Shown: positions 9,250 through 19,528, counted from the first letter of the stretch. The stretch is 64,000 nt of DNA from Deltaproteobacteria bacterium (GCA_029565915.1 JAKQNG010000197.1:12759-76758); one strand, 5' to 3'. Notes: generated by a model not told the origin, from the sequence alone. Numbers and translations are program-made.

Positions 9250-9894
9250 CAGGACGACCACCGCGCGAGCCTGTTCCTCGTCGAGGGTGATTTCGAATCC
9301 GCCGAGGGCCACCACCTGTCGATGTCCGGCAGTGCGCCGGACGAGTCGGATCCGGGCATCCGGCAGCAGTCCCATGTCGATGAGGCGGTGATGCGCTTCG
9401 CCCACCGCACGGATGAGGGAGACAGTGGCCTCCTCGCCCGGCGCCATTGATGCAATGGTCCGCTCCGGCGCCTGCGGTGCCGATGGCAGCGGAATGGCGG
9501 AAACAGGTGGATGGGCCAGCAGGGCATTCATCTGCGACATGGTTTCGGGAAACAGCGCGTGGGCCACCGCATCGGTCTGCCGACGGGCCGTCGGTTCGTC
9601 CATCTGCAGTATCCGGCAGAAGAACGCGAAGACGGTCTGCCTCTTTTTCTCGATCCGCCGCACCGCATCCCGCCCTTCCGCTGTCAGGGTCACCGATTCC
9701 CGCTTCGCATGGGCAACAAGGCCGCGCGCCGCCAGTAACCGCATGGCGGGAGTGGCGGAACCCGGTTTGACGGCCCGCAGACGGGCAATGTCGCGGACCT
9801 TTGCCACGCCGCCATCGCGGACCAGAGTTGCCACCGCGCAGAGGTAGTCCTCCTGCGAGGAGGACAGGGCCTGGAATCGGGAATGTGCATTCAT
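9244..9894 (-). CDS. DtxR/MntR-family regulator with C-terminal FeoA (SH3-like) domain
   Basis: LSSSQEDYL..AKVRDIA..VKPGSATPAM..V.LTAEG winged HTH; RLIDMGLLP FeoA motif. Confidence 0.85.
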   Translation of the reverse strand: MNAHSRFQALSSSQEDYLCAVATLVRDGGVAKVRDIARLRAVKPGSATPAMRLLAARGLVAHAKRESVTLTAEGRDAVRRIEKKRQTVFAFFCRILQMDEPTARRQTDAVAHALFPETMSQMNALLAHPPVSAIPLPSAPQAPERTIASMAPGEEATVSLIRAVGEAHHRLIDMGLLPDARIRLVRRTAGHRQVVALGGFEITLDEEQARAVVVLS

Positions 9895-10052
9895 CGGTTA
9901 TCGGTATCCGCCATCGCTTATCTGCCTTTTCATACATCACGGATGAATGACTTTAAAATTAAATGAGCCCCGGCCGTAGTGGATTGATTTTATCGCCTGA
10001 TTGGTCTACGTTGCTCCTTCCTGAAAATGGCATCAACCGTCGGAGAATCACC

Positions 10053-12131
10053 ATGAAAAAGTACGACACCAGGCTTATCCGGAACATCTGTTTCGCCGGA
10101 CATCTCGGCAGCGGCAAAACCTCCCTTGCGGAGGCGATTCTGTTCAACGCGGGCGCGACGAGCCGGCTCGGCTCGGTCATGGACGGTACCTCGACGTTCG
10201 ATTTTGAACCCGAAGAAATCAAGCGACAGGGTTCTATTTCGGCGGCGTTTGCCGCGGCCGAGTGGAAGAAGTTCAAGATTCAGCTCTGCGATACTTCGGG
10301 TGACTCCAACTTTTTTGTGGACTCCCGCAATACGCTGGCGGTCAACGACATCGCGGCGATTGTCATTTCGGCCGTGGACGGTGTTCAGGTGGTGACCGAA
10401 AAGCTGTTTCAGGTCGCGGCGGACAACAACATCCCCGCGGTGGTCATCATCAATAAAATGGATCGGGAGCGATCAAGTTTCTCGACGGCCCTGTCCCAGG
10501 CCCAGGAATCCCTGTCGCGGAAGATCGCTCCGGTCATCATTCCCATCGGTGCCGAGGACAGCTTCACGGGCGTAGTGGACGTGCTGAAGAACAAGGCATG
10601 GTCATTCCCTGCGGATGGATCCAGAAATGTCTCTGAAATCCCGGTGCCGGCGGATCTCGAAGCGGACGTGCAGAGCGCCCGCGAGGCGCTGGTCGAAGTC
10701 ATTGCGGAATCAGATGACGTATTAATGGAAAAGTATCTGGAAACCATGGAGCTCACCGAAGACGAAATTCGCATCGCTCTGCCGAAGGCTATTTCGTCAG
10801 GTGCGCTGATCCCCGCCGTCGCCGCCTCCGCAACAAAGAACGTGGGCATCGCGCCGCTGCTCGACCTGATTTGCGACAGCTTCCCCTCGCCGGCGGATCG
10901 CCCCGCGCGCACCGCAAAGGTCGGCGACAACACCGTTGAGATTGCACCGACGGAGGATCAGCCCTTTGCCGCAACGGTGTTCAAGACGGTACAGGACAAG
11001 TTTACCGGTTCTCTGGCCATCTGCCGCATCTGGTCGGGCACCATCGAAGCCGACAGCGGGTTCTTCAACGCGACGCGCAGCGAAAAGGAGCGGTTCGGCC
11101 AGATTCTGGTGCCCATGGGCAAGAAGCAGGACAACGTGCCGAAGGCCGGCGCGGGCGACATCATCGCCTTTGCCAAGCTGAAGGAAACCAAGGTCGGCGA
11201 TTCCATCTGCGACGAGTCGCGGAAGGTCATTTTCCCGGCCCTGCCCACCATCAATCCGGTTATCACCTACGCGGTGCATGCCAGGGACAAGAACGAAGAA
11301 GACAAACTCGGCCAGGCGCTGAACCGCATCGCCGAAGAAGATCCGACCATCCACATCATCCGCAACAAGGAAGTGAAGCAGACCCAGATCGCCGGGATGG
11401 GTCAGGTGCACATCGATACGGCCATCGAGAAAATCAAGCGGATCTTCGATATTGAAGTGGAATTGCTGCCCCCGCGGATTCCCTACCGGGAGACCATCCG
11501 TAAAAAAGTGCAGAATGTGGAAGGCAAGCACAAGAAGCAGTCCGGCGGACGGGGACAGTTCGGTGTCTGCTATCTGCATGTGGAGCCGAATCCCGCAATG
11601 GGTTTCGAGTTCGTAAATGCCATCGTCGGCGGATCCATTCCCAGACAATGGATTCCGTCTGTCGAAAAGGGGATTGTTGATCGCATGGAACGGGGCGTCA
11701 TCGCCGGTTATCCGGTGGTGGATGTGAAGGTCACGCTGTATGACGGCAAGTACCACGATGTGGACTCTTCCGACGCGGCGTTCCAGATGGCCGGATCAAA
11801 GGGATTCAAGGCGGCCACGGAGCAGGCAGGGCCCTATCTGCTCGAGCCCATCTGGAATCTCGAAGTCGTGTGCCCGGAGGACTGCATGGGAGACGTGATG
11901 GGCGACATCAGCTCCCGGCGCGGAAGAGTGCAGGGCATGGAAGCCAGCGGACACAATCAGATTGTCCGTGCCCAGGCGCCCATGGCTGAGCTTCTCCGTT
12001 ACGCACCGGACTTGAATTCGATTACGGGGGGGCGCGGTACCTTCACGGTGAGTTTTTCCCACTACGAAGAAGTACCCCGGGAAATTCAGGAAAAAGTCGT
12101 CGCCGAGTACAAGCACGAAGAAGAAGAGTAG
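10053..12131 (+). CDS. fusA: Elongation factor G paralog (EF-G II-like)
   Basis: Full EF-G domain set (HKKQSGGRGQFG, GKYHDVDSS, LLEPI, TGGRG), NKMD; variant G1 GHLGSGKTSL; GGAG RBS before ATG 10053. Confidence 0.93.
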   Translation: MKKYDTRLIRNICFAGHLGSGKTSLAEAILFNAGATSRLGSVMDGTSTFDFEPEEIKRQGSISAAFAAAEWKKFKIQLCDTSGDSNFFVDSRNTLAVNDIAAIVISAVDGVQVVTEKLFQVAADNNIPAVVIINKMDRERSSFSTALSQAQESLSRKIAPVIIPIGAEDSFTGVVDVLKNKAWSFPADGSRNVSEIPVPADLEADVQSAREALVEVIAESDDVLMEKYLETMELTEDEIRIALPKAISSGALIPAVAASATKNVGIAPLLDLICDSFPSPADRPARTAKVGDNTVEIAPTEDQPFAATVFKTVQDKFTGSLAICRIWSGTIEADSGFFNATRSEKERFGQILVPMGKKQDNVPKAGAGDIIAFAKLKETKVGDSICDESRKVIFPALPTINPVITYAVHARDKNEEDKLGQALNRIAEEDPTIHIIRNKEVKQTQIAGMGQVHIDTAIEKIKRIFDIEVELLPPRIPYRETIRKKVQNVEGKHKKQSGGRGQFGVCYLHVEPNPAMGFEFVNAIVGGSIPRQWIPSVEKGIVDRMERGVIAGYPVVDVKVTLYDGKYHDVDSSDAAFQMAGSKGFKAATEQAGPYLLEPIWNLEVVCPEDCMGDVMGDISSRRGRVQGMEASGHNQIVRAQAPMAELLRYAPDLNSITGGRGTFTVSFSHYEEVPREIQEKVVAEYKHEEEE

Positions 12132-12156
12132 CCGACCAACCGTCCAGCGTTTTTTT

Positions 12157-14016
12157 CTATTTGCCGAAAATCTTTCCGAAAAGGCCCTTTTTCTTCCCTC
12201 CGCCGGGGAAGTCGCCGGGGCCGGTCAGATCGTCGTCTGCACCCATGGTTGGTGGAGCGACGAACGGTGGCGGCATGACCGGCGGCGGCAGGGAAGGTGG
12301 CGGCAGGGAGCGCCGCTGAGCCACCAGCCTGGCGAGATCGGCCGGCAGCGCGTCATCGGGAAGGGTTTCCGGGGCATGGGAGACGCGCGCCAGGTGCTGT
12401 TCCCGTTCGCTGACGGGGTGTTCGGTCCGGGTCGCCTCACCGTCAAAAATGTCATCCAGCGCAGGGCCAACGGAACCGCCTTCCAGCAGGGATTCGCTCC
12501 AGGTGGGTCTCGGCAGGGCGTCATCCTTTGACAGGTCTTCGATCAGAGTGCCGATCCGGTCGTTGGCGGACACGGTCTCATCGTCGTCCTCAAGAGGTTC
12601 CGGTTCAAAGACGTCGTCATCGCCGATCAGCTCGTCCACCATGTGCCGGGGAACCGCCGTGGAAACCTCAATGTCCATCTCATCGGTGGATTCGGCGATA
12701 ATGTAGTCCTTCGCGTCGAGGAAGCCGCTGTCATCAAAATCCATATCCGAATCCTCGATGTGTTCTCCAATGATGATGGAATCGTCCAGCTCATCGTCGT
12801 CGTCGAGAACAATCGCATCGTCGTCGTCGAGAGACGCCACATCCAACTCTCCGCTGTCGGAACGCAGGGACGACGCGGTGATGATGCCGGTGGCGTCTTC
12901 GTCTTCATCGGCCTCTATCGAAGAGCTCGGTGCAATGGACAGGGGGGGGACGGACAAAGGTTCCACGCCGTCGGGTTCCAGGGTTTCGGTGAGGCCGCCG
13001 TCTCCGATTTCGGACGAAATCAGATCGGCGATGCTGGTGCTGGTGCTTCGGGGTTTCGGGCGATGGAGCGCGGGCACGTCCGTCCGCGGGACCGGCGGCG
13101 CAGCAGAAATCTTCTTTGGCGGCGGAAGTTCGTCGCCCGGCATCTGGATGGCATCAAACGCGGCAATGACGTCGTCGATTTCTTCCTGGTCAGCCTCAAT
13201 GCGGGCGGCCTTCTGCTCTGCCTTGCGCTTCTGCTCGGCTGCCCTTGCCCGGGCCTGAATGATGTCCTCTTCGTCGGCCTTCTGTCGGACTTCCTGTTCA
13301 GCCTTCTGCCGGGCTTCTTCATCAGCCTTCTGTCGGGCGTCCTGTTCAGCCTTCTGCCGGGCTTCTTCATCAGCCTTCTGCCGGGCCTCCTGTTCAGCCT
13401 TCTGCCGCGCTTCCTGTTCGGCCTTCTGCCGCGCTTCTTCGGCTGAACGGTCTTCCGCGGGTGGATCGGCGGATTCCCCATGGACCTTCTTGTGCCGTTT
13501 CTTCAGTGTGCCTGCCGCGATGTCCTCCAGCATGGAATCCACATCGCTCAGGCTCACATCGGAATGCCGATGCCGACGGACCCGGTGCGCGTCGCCCTCA
13601 TGAGCATCCTGCACAGCGGCGGTTGTTTCCGGCGCCGGCTCCGTCACTGCCGGCGGCGGCGCTTCCGAATACCTGGAGGGCCCGAGCACGTCGTCCTGTT
13701 TCTTGTGGACGAGGATCTTGCGGATGGTTTCCTTGCTGGTTGCATCCAGCTTGAGAAATTTGATTCCCATTCCCGCGGGCTTGCTGCCCTCGTCGAGTGT
13801 CCTGTTCCACGCCACTTCGCCCAGACCCAGCAGCACGACCGTGTCGTCCGCCAGCTTCAGCTCGAATTTAACCGGTGTCCCCACCTCGCGAGGTTGCGGG
13901 GTCTTGAAGAAAATGCCGTACTTGGAAACGTTCTGTGCATACCCTGTTACAAAGGATTCCACCGTCGGATACTTCAACTTCGCCCGTATCACTGCATGTT
14001 TCGATGCTTCGGTCAC
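12157..14016 (-). CDS. TIGR02266-like PilZ-domain protein with coiled-coil repeats, acidic disordered region and C-terminal amphipathic tail
   Basis: NVSKYGIFFKT..VGTPVKFEL..GEVAW..GMGIKFLKLD PilZ-like N-terminus; RQKA repeats; D/E-rich middle; ends KKKGLFGKIFGK. Confidence 0.8.
   Translation of the reverse strand: MTEASKHAVIRAKLKYPTVESFVTGYAQNVSKYGIFFKTPQPREVGTPVKFELKLADDTVVLLGLGEVAWNRTLDEGSKPAGMGIKFLKLDATSKETIRKILVHKKQDDVLGPSRYSEAPPPAVTEPAPETTAAVQDAHEGDAHRVRRHRHSDVSLSDVDSMLEDIAAGTLKKRHKKVHGESADPPAEDRSAEEARQKAEQEARQKAEQEARQKADEEARQKAEQDARQKADEEARQKAEQEVRQKADEEDIIQARARAAEQKRKAEQKAARIEADQEEIDDVIAAFDAIQMPGDELPPPKKISAAPPVPRTDVPALHRPKPRSTSTSIADLISSEIGDGGLTETLEPDGVEPLSVPPLSIAPSSSIEADEDEDATGIITASSLRSDSGELDVASLDDDDAIVLDDDDELDDSIIIGEHIEDSDMDFDDSGFLDAKDYIIAESTDEMDIEVSTAVPRHMVDELIGDDDVFEPEPLEDDDETVSANDRIGTLIEDLSKDDALPRPTWSESLLEGGSVGPALDDIFDGEATRTEHPVSEREQHLARVSHAPETLPDDALPADLARLVAQRRSLPPPSLPPPVMPPPFVAPPTMGADDDLTGPGDFPGGGKKKGLFGKIFGK
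13268..13443 (-). repeat. Intragenic 24-nt tandem repeat, 7 copies (E/D-E/Q-E/D-A-R-Q-K-A)
   Basis: Repeated gccttctgccgggcttc(c/t)t(g/t)(t/c).tca units visible in the DNA; seven RQKA octapeptides in the translation. Confidence 0.9.
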
Positions 14017-14037
14017 GTGTGCGTTCCTCGCTTGGTT

Positions 14038-16689
14038 CTATCCGGCCGGCTGCATGACGCGATCATAGATGAGAGCCACCGCATCGGCCAGTCGTCCCAC
14101 TTCCGTACCGCCCGCCTGGGCCAGATCCGGACGCCCGCCGCCCCGCCCGCCGACCACCTTTGCGATGTCGCCGATCAGCCTGCCCGCGTGAAAACGACCG
14201 ACCAGATCCGGGGTCACCGCCACGACCAGCGCGGCCTTCCCGCCGTTGTCCCCACCCAGGCAGATGACGCCGGAACCGATTTTCTGCCGCAGCGTATCCG
14301 CGCTGTCGCGCAGTGCCGCCGGATCTCCGGTGGGCAGCACCGCACCGATGACATTTACACCGGCAACCTTCTTCATCTGACTCATCAGGTCCGCCCCGCC
14401 GCCACTGGCCAGCTCCCGCTGCAGCTTTTCAACCTGGCGCACCAGTTCCTTTTCGCGGACGACGCATTTTTCCACTCGATCGAGGAGCGTTGATGGGGTC
14501 GTTTTCAACAGGTCCGCACAGGCGGCCATCCGCTCCCGTTCCCGGGCGATGAAAGCCACCGCCGCGTGACCACAGACCGCTTCAATGCGCCGCACGCCCG
14601 CTGCGACACCACCTTCGCTGACAATGAAGAAGGGGCCAACGTCGCCGCTGCGGGACGCGTGGGTGCCGCCGCAGAGTTCGCGGCTCTGTCCACCCACGTC
14701 GACGAGCCGTACCCGATCACCGTAGTTTTCTTCGAACAGGGCCATGGCACCGGTGGCCCTGGCGTCCTGCAGGGAGGTGACCGTCGTCTCCACCGGATAA
14801 TTGTCAATCACCAGTTCTGCGACGATGCGCTCAATGTCCCGGAGCTGTGCATCCGGGAGGGCTTCGAAATGCGTGAAGTCGAACCGCAGGGAATCGGGTG
14901 CCACCCGGGATCCCTTCTGGGTCGCGTGAGGGCCCAGCACCCGCCGGATGGCGAGATGGAGCAGATGGGTAGCCGTGTGGTGGCGGGCAATATCCTTGCG
15001 CCGATCACCGTCCACGGTCGCCGTGATCGGATCGCCTGCCCGGAAAGTGCCTCCGGCCACGCGGACGCGATGGGCGAAGAGACCCGGGAGAGGTCTGGTC
15101 ACATCCGTCACCGTCGCCTCCGCGCCCGCCGCCGTCAACCGGCCCGTATCCCCCACCTGGCCGCCGGACTCTCCGTAGAAGGGCGTCCGCGACAGGACGA
15201 TGTCGCCTTCCTGTCCCGCAGACAGGGACTGTACCGACGCACCATCGACGACGATGCCCAGCACCACGGCGTCGTCCGTCAGGCGATCATAACCGGTGAA
15301 CTCGGTTTTCCCCCGGGCTTCCAGGATGTCCCGATAACCGGGCGCCGCGGCTTCTTCGCCGATCCGCCCGGCACCGGAGCGGAGCTTGTGGGAATCCTTC
15401 GCGCTCTCGTAGCCGTCGTAATCCACGGTGAATCCGTCTTCCGCGCCGATGACCTCCACCAGGTCGAGGGGAAATCCATATGTGGCAGAAAGTTCGAACG
15501 CGATATTTCCGGGCAGGATCCGTTTCCCCGCCGGTCCCTGGTGCCAGTCGCTGTTCTCCGCGAGCAGCGAGAGTCCCCGGGTCAGGGTCAGGCGGAATCG
15601 CTCCTCTTCCTGGGCGCACACCTTTTCGATGAGCTCCCGGCGCTCCACCAGCTCCGGATAGGCGCTCCCCATGCCGTCCACGACGGCCATGGCCACCCGG
15701 TGGAGGAACAGGTCCTCGATACCCAGTCGATGTCCGTGGCGGATGGCCCGGCGCATCACCCGGCGCAGCACGTATTCGCGTCCGGTCTTTTCGGGAAAGA
15801 TGCCTTCGGAAATCAGATGAGCCGCCATCCGGGCGTGGTCCGCGATGACCCGCATGGACACGTCGTCCTCCGCATCCGAGCCGTATTTCTTTTTCGCGAT
15901 AGTGCCGGCCAGGGACACGAGGGGCGCGAACAAGTCGATGTCGTAGTTGGATTCCACGTTCTGCAGCACGGAAACGATGCGTTCGAGGCCCGCGCCCGTG
16001 TCGATGCAGGGGGCCGGCAGCTTTTTCATGGGTCCGCCCGCTTCCTCCACCATGTACTGCATGAACACCAGGTTCCAGACTTCGAAGAAGCGCTCGCCGT
16101 TTTCGAGTTTTGCTTCGCCGAAGCGCTCACCGCGGTCGTACATGATTTCTGAACAGGGGCCGCAGGGGCCCGTGTCGCCCATGGACCAGAAATTGTCCGC
16201 GGCAGATCCCTCCAGCACCCGCTCCGCCGGCACGCCGAGCTGCTGTGTCCAGATGCGGACGGCCTCTTCGTCCCGTGGGGCATTGTCATCCCCGCGGAAG
16301 ACAGATACCCACAGACGGCTCCTGTCGAAGCCGAGCACGTCCGTCAGGAATTCCCAGCCGAACCGGCAGGCGTCCTGCTTGAAGTAATCGCCGAAGGAAA
16401 AGTTGCCCAGCATCTCGAAAAATGTGTGGTGACGGCTGGTGCGTCCGACGTTTTCGAGGTCGTTGTGTTTGCCGCTGATGCGGATGCACTTCTGCACCGT
16501 GGTGGCGCGGGGCGCGGGGCGCTTCTGACGGCCGGTGAACACGTTCTTGAACTGCACCATTCCCGCGTTGGCGAACATGAGGGTCGGATCCTGCGGCGGT
16601 ACAAGGGAACCGGAGGGAATCACCTGATGGCCGTTCGATTCGAAATAGCGAAGGAATGCGCTTCTGACGTCACTGGTGGTTCTGATCAT
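14038..16689 (-). CDS. alaS: Alanine--tRNA ligase
   Basis: TLMFANAGMVQFK, HHTFFEMLGNFSFGDYFK, GPCGPCSEI, HTATHLL, ELCGGTH, GGRGGG. Confidence 0.98.
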   Translation of the reverse strand: MIRTTSDVRSAFLRYFESNGHQVIPSGSLVPPQDPTLMFANAGMVQFKNVFTGRQKRPAPRATTVQKCIRISGKHNDLENVGRTSRHHTFFEMLGNFSFGDYFKQDACRFGWEFLTDVLGFDRSRLWVSVFRGDDNAPRDEEAVRIWTQQLGVPAERVLEGSAADNFWSMGDTGPCGPCSEIMYDRGERFGEAKLENGERFFEVWNLVFMQYMVEEAGGPMKKLPAPCIDTGAGLERIVSVLQNVESNYDIDLFAPLVSLAGTIAKKKYGSDAEDDVSMRVIADHARMAAHLISEGIFPEKTGREYVLRRVMRRAIRHGHRLGIEDLFLHRVAMAVVDGMGSAYPELVERRELIEKVCAQEEERFRLTLTRGLSLLAENSDWHQGPAGKRILPGNIAFELSATYGFPLDLVEVIGAEDGFTVDYDGYESAKDSHKLRSGAGRIGEEAAAPGYRDILEARGKTEFTGYDRLTDDAVVLGIVVDGASVQSLSAGQEGDIVLSRTPFYGESGGQVGDTGRLTAAGAEATVTDVTRPLPGLFAHRVRVAGGTFRAGDPITATVDGDRRKDIARHHTATHLLHLAIRRVLGPHATQKGSRVAPDSLRFDFTHFEALPDAQLRDIERIVAELVIDNYPVETTVTSLQDARATGAMALFEENYGDRVRLVDVGGQSRELCGGTHASRSGDVGPFFIVSEGGVAAGVRRIEAVCGHAAVAFIARERERMAACADLLKTTPSTLLDRVEKCVVREKELVRQVEKLQRELASGGGADLMSQMKKVAGVNVIGAVLPTGDPAALRDSADTLRQKIGSGVICLGGDNGGKAALVVAVTPDLVGRFHAGRLIGDIAKVVGGRGGGRPDLAQAGGTEVGRLADAVALIYDRVMQPAG

Positions 16690-16909
16690 GAATGTCGTGC
16701 CCGTTCTTTATTTGTCATACAAATTCGACAGTACTTAAAATCGTTTTTCTTTAACAGATCGATGGTGTGCTTGCAACCGGTCCCGGTACGGGGTTTTTTG
16801 CGGAAGACGAACCAAACAGACCGACAGGCATCCGGGCAGGCCACATTATTCTTGACAAATCTGCATCTGCCGGGATACGAAAGCCGCCTGTTTTTCAACG
16901 GAGGATACC

Positions 16910-17179
16910 TTGGCCAATCATCAGCAAGCAAAAAAGAGAGCCCGCCAGACCACGAAGCGGAATACGAGAAACGCCGCACTTCGCTCGACCACGCGCAAGT
17001 GCGTCACCCGCGTCCGCGCGGCCGTTGCCGCCGGCGATGCCGCTCCCGCGAAGGAAGCCCTGGAAACGGCCATTTCCCAGCTGGATCGGATGGTGACAAA
17101 AGATATCGTGAAGCGCCACACCGCGTCCCGCACGATTTCGCGCCTGACCGTCGCCGTCAACAAGATGGCATCGAAGTAA
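16910..17179 (+). CDS. rpsT: 30S ribosomal protein S20
   Basis: MANHQQAKKRARQ..RN..RST..ASRTISRL; TTG start with GGAGG RBS; TTGACA at 16852. Confidence 0.96.
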   Translation: MANHQQAKKRARQTTKRNTRNAALRSTTRKCVTRVRAAVAAGDAAPAKEALETAISQLDRMVTKDIVKRHTASRTISRLTVAVNKMASK

Positions 17180-18185
17180 TTCCCGCTCTTTCCTGACCCG
17201 GAAAACACAGGTCCAGCAGCGCTTCTTCGAGCACCCGTTCGCCGGGTCGGCGACAGGATTTCAGCTGCAGGTCAACCTGAGCGAGTCGCTGCAGGGCGGT
17301 CTCCAGAGCGGGCCCCGAAAAGCCATTGCTCTGGGACACCAGCTTGTTGGCCACGAAGGGCGACACCCCCAGCGACTGCGCCACATCGCTGTCCGTCATG
17401 CCGGCGCGACGGTGGATACGCACCAGCAGCAGCTGCCGGATGTGCCGGGCCAGCATCGCGTTGATGCGAATGGGTTCTTCCCGGTTGGCCAGCAGCTCCA
17501 GCAGGTAGCGGATGGCCCGGGGCGCCTGTCGTTGTCCCAGGGCATCCACCAGTTCGAACACAGAGTGGCGTCGGACCGACGTCACCACCTGCTCCACGTG
17601 GGCGGGTTCCACCCGATCACCTCCGGCGAAGAGTCCCGTCCGTTCCAGCGCATCGCTGAGAGCGGCACAGTCCGTACCCACCGCGTCGGCAATGGCTTCC
17701 GCCGCACCCCGGCCGAGGGAGATGTCCGCCTGTTGTGCGCACCGGGTCACAAAGGCGGCCGATTCCCGATCCTTCAGGGGTTCGGCCCGGTGAACCATCT
17801 TCAGCCCGTTCGCCTTTTTGAACAGACCCTTGCGCAGATCGAATTTCTGGCCGATGAGCACGAGGCACGCTTCTGTCACCGGTCCATCCAGATAGGCCGC
17901 CAGCACCTCCATGTCCGCCGCCCGCAGCTTTTCCACATCGTCGACGATGACGAGCCGCCGCGCCGCCATCATGGGCAGGGATTTCACCTCGGCCACTACC
18001 TGTGCGCCGGTCACCTCGGAGGCCTTCTTCCGGCTGTAATTGAACGAACCCATGGGCCCGGAAACCGCGATGGCCTTCAGGGCTTCGACAAATCGTTCGA
18101 TGAGGAACGGCTCTTCTCCGTGCAGCAGGTAGACGGGCGCCAGATTTTCGACCGAGAGTCCCCGCATCAGTGACAGGATGTCCAT
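17157..18185 (-). CDS. holA: DNA polymerase III delta subunit
   Basis: PVYLLHGEEPFL, SLPMMAARRLVIV, SVFELVDAL; convergent with rpsT. Confidence 0.92.
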   Translation of the reverse strand: MDILSLMRGLSVENLAPVYLLHGEEPFLIERFVEALKAIAVSGPMGSFNYSRKKASEVTGAQVVAEVKSLPMMAARRLVIVDDVEKLRAADMEVLAAYLDGPVTEACLVLIGQKFDLRKGLFKKANGLKMVHRAEPLKDRESAAFVTRCAQQADISLGRGAAEAIADAVGTDCAALSDALERTGLFAGGDRVEPAHVEQVVTSVRRHSVFELVDALGQRQAPRAIRYLLELLANREEPIRINAMLARHIRQLLLVRIHRRAGMTDSDVAQSLGVSPFVANKLVSQSNGFSGPALETALQRLAQVDLQLKSCRRPGERVLEEALLDLCFPGQERAGITSMPSC

Positions 18186-18311
18186 GGGCCGACTCTACAC
18201 ACAGGGCCGTCGCCGGGACAACCGCAAAACTTTGTATTGAGAAGGAGGCCCCATGTGTGCTTTATTGCGCGGCGAAAACAATGCACCAGAGGCGGTGCGA
18301 TGGAGCAGAAC

Positions 18312-18590
18312 ATGGCCGATATCAGCATTCAAAAAAATCATTCCCTGGACGTGAACACATTGAAGGAGCGCCTGCAGAAGGTTTCCGCCGAGCTGGAAAA
18401 GAAGTTCGGCCTGAAAACGGACTGGAGCGGCAATTCCTGCCGGCTGTCCGGCACGGGCCTCAAGTCGGCGGAGGTGTCGTTCGACGCGGCGACAGTGTCC
18501 ATCGAAATCACGCTGGGCATGCTCGGCAAAGCCCTGAAACCCACCATCGAAAAGCAGATCCACGCGGAATTCGACAAGGTCATTTCCTGA
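18312..18590 (+). CDS. Polyhydroxyalkanoic acid system protein (PHA_gran_rgn family)
   Basis: MADISIQKNHSL...FGLKTDWSGN...LGMLGKALKPTIEKQI pattern; GGAG RBS; start re-assigned to 18312. Confidence 0.8.
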   Translation: MADISIQKNHSLDVNTLKERLQKVSAELEKKFGLKTDWSGNSCRLSGTGLKSAEVSFDAATVSIEITLGMLGKALKPTIEKQIHAEFDKVIS

Positions 18591-18664
18591 ACGGCCGCCG
18601 GTTTTTTTCCGGTCGGGACACCCCGGTCGTGAAAGCGACAATCATTCGCGAATTGGGAAATGAG

Positions 18665-19528
18665 TCAGAATTCCGCGCCGGCGCTGAGAGATCCGTAGAC
18701 CATGTATTCGTCGCCCACGAGGGCCTTTGTGCCGTCGGCATTGGTATGGAGGTTCGTCCAGGCCGCGCTGATGGCCGGCGTCACATAAAACCCGTCCGGC
18801 ATAGAGATGGGAAATCCCGCGTTGAAGGCGATGTCGACAACATTGTTGCCGGCCTCCCTCGTCGCTTCGTCCGTCCAGACCTTGAAGCCCGCGGACAGGC
18901 CCAGATCCATGCCGAACGCCTCGCCGAATGAGAAGCTCTTGCCCATCCACGGCTTGATGTAAAGATGGCTGTACACGTCCATGTCTCCCAGGCCGGCAAA
19001 GAATGACAGGTTCAGGCCGAAGTCGATTTTCGTCGCCAGAGAGACCCCGATCAGGGGCTCGATGAGGGACGGGTTCTTCGAGCCGTTCACCGCCTCGCTG
19101 GCAAACGGATAGAAGTAGTACGTGAAGGCGGTGCTGAGGGTGAGCAGGTCATCCTTGAACCCTTTGTCGTAGCCCACGAACAGATCCTGCTCATGGCCCA
19201 GTGCGTTGCGGATCACGTCCCGCCGGTTGTCCCCGGAAAGCTGGTAGGCGCCCCAGTAGCCGACATACAGCCCCGTGTTCAGGATGGCCCAGTTGATGGA
19301 CGGGAAGAACGCCGCGTGGCTGTCCATCTGGGCATCTTCCTTGAACACGTTGATGCCGCGGAAGTTGTAGATGGACGCCACCGTCATGTCGATGCCGACG
19401 CCGTAACTCTTTTCCGCCGCCGGGGCGGTCGCGTCCTGCGCTCCGCCATCGTCCTGCGCACGGGCCACCGTGCCGATGAGCACCGCCCACATGGCTGCCA
19501 CAATCATCATGTACATTCGCAAAGACAT
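18665..19528 (-). CDS. Outer-membrane beta-barrel, TorF/Gcw_chp (TIGR02001)-like
   Basis: Signal peptide, SIYNFRG, GLYVGYWG, EQDLFVGY, YYFYP, alternating beta strands, terminal Phe; GGAGG RBS. Confidence 0.75.
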   Translation of the reverse strand: MSLRMYMMIVAAMWAVLIGTVARAQDDGGAQDATAPAAEKSYGVGIDMTVASIYNFRGINVFKEDAQMDSHAAFFPSINWAILNTGLYVGYWGAYQLSGDNRRDVIRNALGHEQDLFVGYDKGFKDDLLTLSTAFTYYFYPFASEAVNGSKNPSLIEPLIGVSLATKIDFGLNLSFFAGLGDMDVYSHLYIKPWMGKSFSFGEAFGMDLGLSAGFKVWTDEATREAGNNVVDIAFNAGFPISMPDGFYVTPAISAAWTNLHTNADGTKALVGDEYMVYGSLSAGAEF

